From assembly GCA_030324005.1 (NCBI GenBank), contig JARDVH010000110.1:37512122-37576121 (forward strand): a stretch of DNA of 64,000 nucleotides. Direction: 5' to 3'. The first letter of the stretch is position 1. Each line of letters starts with the position of its first letter. Below, piece after piece: positions 61,900-64,000 of this stretch. The position numbers and the translations under genes were made by a program. The notes under the pieces are model-generated. The model was not told the DNA's origin. It saw only the letters and a list, made by a program, of their open reading frames with translations, and ran no database searches. The DNA is from Negaprion brevirostris. Taxonomy: Eukaryota.

Positions 61900-62601
61900 G
61901 ATGTCTCCTGGCACTGCACAAGGGGCACTTTGGCACTGCTCACTGGACTTTGGGCAGTGCCAAGAGGGCAGGGCCTATTGTGGATGGGTCTTAGGGGTGA
62001 TCAGTGGGGGTGGGGTGGGATCCCGCTGCCGCTCTGCATTGGGATCAGTAAGTGCTAGAGGGAGGCTAACGATCGAGGTGGGCTGAGGGGATGTGGGTGG
62101 TCTGGAGGGGGGGGCAACCCCCTGGGGGGAGTGTGCCTCCCAGAGAGGGCCTGCCAAGATGAAGGGGTGGGAGAGGGGTGGTCACTGCTGGAGGTGGCAG
62201 GTGCGGGTGCATGGGGTTGGAGATCAGGGTGCTCCAGGATGGAAGGGGTCGGCGCTGCCTGGGAATGATTGTGGGGGCCGTGGTCTGGCCGTGGGTGTGG
62301 AGAGAGGGTTGGAGGGGCAGCACTGTGGGGATCCCGGGCTGGCCAGCGATTGAGCTGGCCAGCAATTGGGAGGCTAAGAGTTCGGGGCGACTGCGTATGC
62401 GCAGAAGTCCAGAAATATCAGATTCTGCATGAATAGGCCCCATCCTTCAAGCTTTTAATGAGATTCACAACTGTGACCTCCCCACTGTGATCTCGAGTGG
62501 GGAGATTCAAGTCTGAACTCCAACCAAAAAAGCAATAGCGAATTACACCATTTTTGTCACTAATTCAGCACTTCAAATTTTTTTTGGGATAATCACCTCC
62601 C
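61900..62601. mobile_element. GC-rich non-autonomous DNA-transposon-like copy
   Basis: The end at 62498-62601 is the reverse complement of 58667-58770; internal ctgcgtatgcgcag motif. Confidence 0.55.
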
Positions 62602-63289
62602 CCCAAATTGTAAATAACCCCCCTTTGACTCTAACTCGGAATAGGAGACTTTTTCGGAGGGTGCTGGAGAGCTGCGGAGTTGTCTATCAGAAGTTGAAAC
62701 TTCCTAGGTAGTTCTTGCAGAGTCCTTGTGTTGGGACTACCACAGGATCCATCCTGTAGGCCAGGCTAAATCAGTTTTTATCTACAACAATCTGGAGACC
62801 AGAGAAGCTGAGCCATTGTCAAAGAGTGTTTCTAAGCATTTTTAATTTGCAGCAACACCCCAGTGAATTTTATAATCTAGATATGCTGAGAATGATTTGT
62901 GATTCATACTTGGAAATTGGCAATGAATTAGTGCTAGTGCCACAGGAACTATGAGCTTGATGCAGTGCGATAAATGCCAGAGATGGATTCACTGATCAAG
63001 TACTCAGTAGTTATGCTTTGCATTATCATCCGTCAGCAAAATGTTGCAGACTCTTTATCAGTGTTTTGAATAAACTGTTGATAAAAATAATTTACTCGGT
63101 AATAGGGAACAATGTTAATACAAAAAATAAGTATAAAATACTGGAATATATCTCACAGAATCTGATTTTTGTGCTGTTATGCGTCATTGGTTTATCATTT
63201 AGATTGAATTTACCTTCTACATTAACAATTAATTGATACCAAAGTAATCGTTTGTGTGAAACTAATAACTATAATCATGTTTTAAGAGC

Positions 63290-63860
63290 TTGGCTAGTCG
63301 TAACACTCTCACTTCTAAATCAGAACATCATGGGTTTGAATTCTACTACGCGACATGAGCTCACAGTTTGGGCAGATGTTTCAGTGGGACGTATTTGGTG
63401 ATGATTGACTTTTGGATGAGACATTGGACTTCATGGCACTATTCAAAGAAGAGCGGAGAGTTCTTTCATAGAATTATAGAATCCTATAGTGCAGAAGGAG
63501 GATATTCGGCCCATTGAGTGTGCACTGATCACAATCCTACCCAGACTCTATCCCCATAACCCCATGCATTTACCCTAGCTAGTCCCCTTGACACTAAGAG
63601 ACAAGTTAGCATGGCCAACCCACTTAACCTGCACATCTTTGAACTTCAATCACTTTGCTGTCATTTATTCCTCAAGCAACAGCATAAAAATAGATTATCT
63701 GGCCATTTATTTCATTGATAGTTTGAGAAACTAACTGTGCACCAAGCTGCATGAAGGATACACTTACAAATCAACAGTGGCTACATTTCAAGAGTAATTA
63801 ATTTGTTGTAAAACATTTTAGGATGTAGGAAAGGGACTTCATAAGTGCAAGTTATTTCTT
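63290..63860 (+). mobile_element. DeuSINE (SacSINE1-like) with a nested HE1 fragment (63467-63645, -)
   Basis: Deu-domain-like agattatctggccatt...aacagtggctacatttcaagagta and an L2-type tail. A similar tail lies at about 22510-22650 (-). Confidence 0.6.
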
Positions 63861-64000
63861 CTTTCCACCTAAAAGCACAAATGGATATTTTCAGTTCATG
63901 TCAATGCTATTGCAAGTTTAGGATCTGCCATAGGTAAGTATCAGGTTCAGCTTAGTTAAGCATTCCTGTAGTTGGATTCTATGGTTGTTACATATCAAAG

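Overview
Eukaryotic, vertebrate DNA, almost certainly from a cartilaginous fish (shark), judged by the many HE1/V-SINE, DeuSINE, CR1, L2 and Penelope copies. It is a draft assembly with many N runs. There are two recognisable genes, both on the minus strand. (1) The CpG-island promoter and first coding exon (4100-3968) of a DNAJB12/B14/C18-family ER J-protein, most like DNAJC18; the gene runs off the left edge. (2) A complete DDIT4/REDD-family gene with two coding exons (32617-32395 and 31266-30779, 236 aa), DDIT4L-like in its core but with a long atypical N-terminus. No H2A.Z gene is seen between them, so this may be a third REDD ohnologue locus rather than the DNAJB14-H2AZ1-DDIT4L locus. The REDD promoter has a perfect ATF4/C-EBP element. 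The rest is nested transposon debris, including Penelope ends with minimal hammerhead ribozymes, a decayed Gypsy provirus, Harbinger Myb/SANT relics and MITEs. All calls were made by eye without database searches; reference sequences and gene orders are recalled from memory, and repeat boundaries are approximate.
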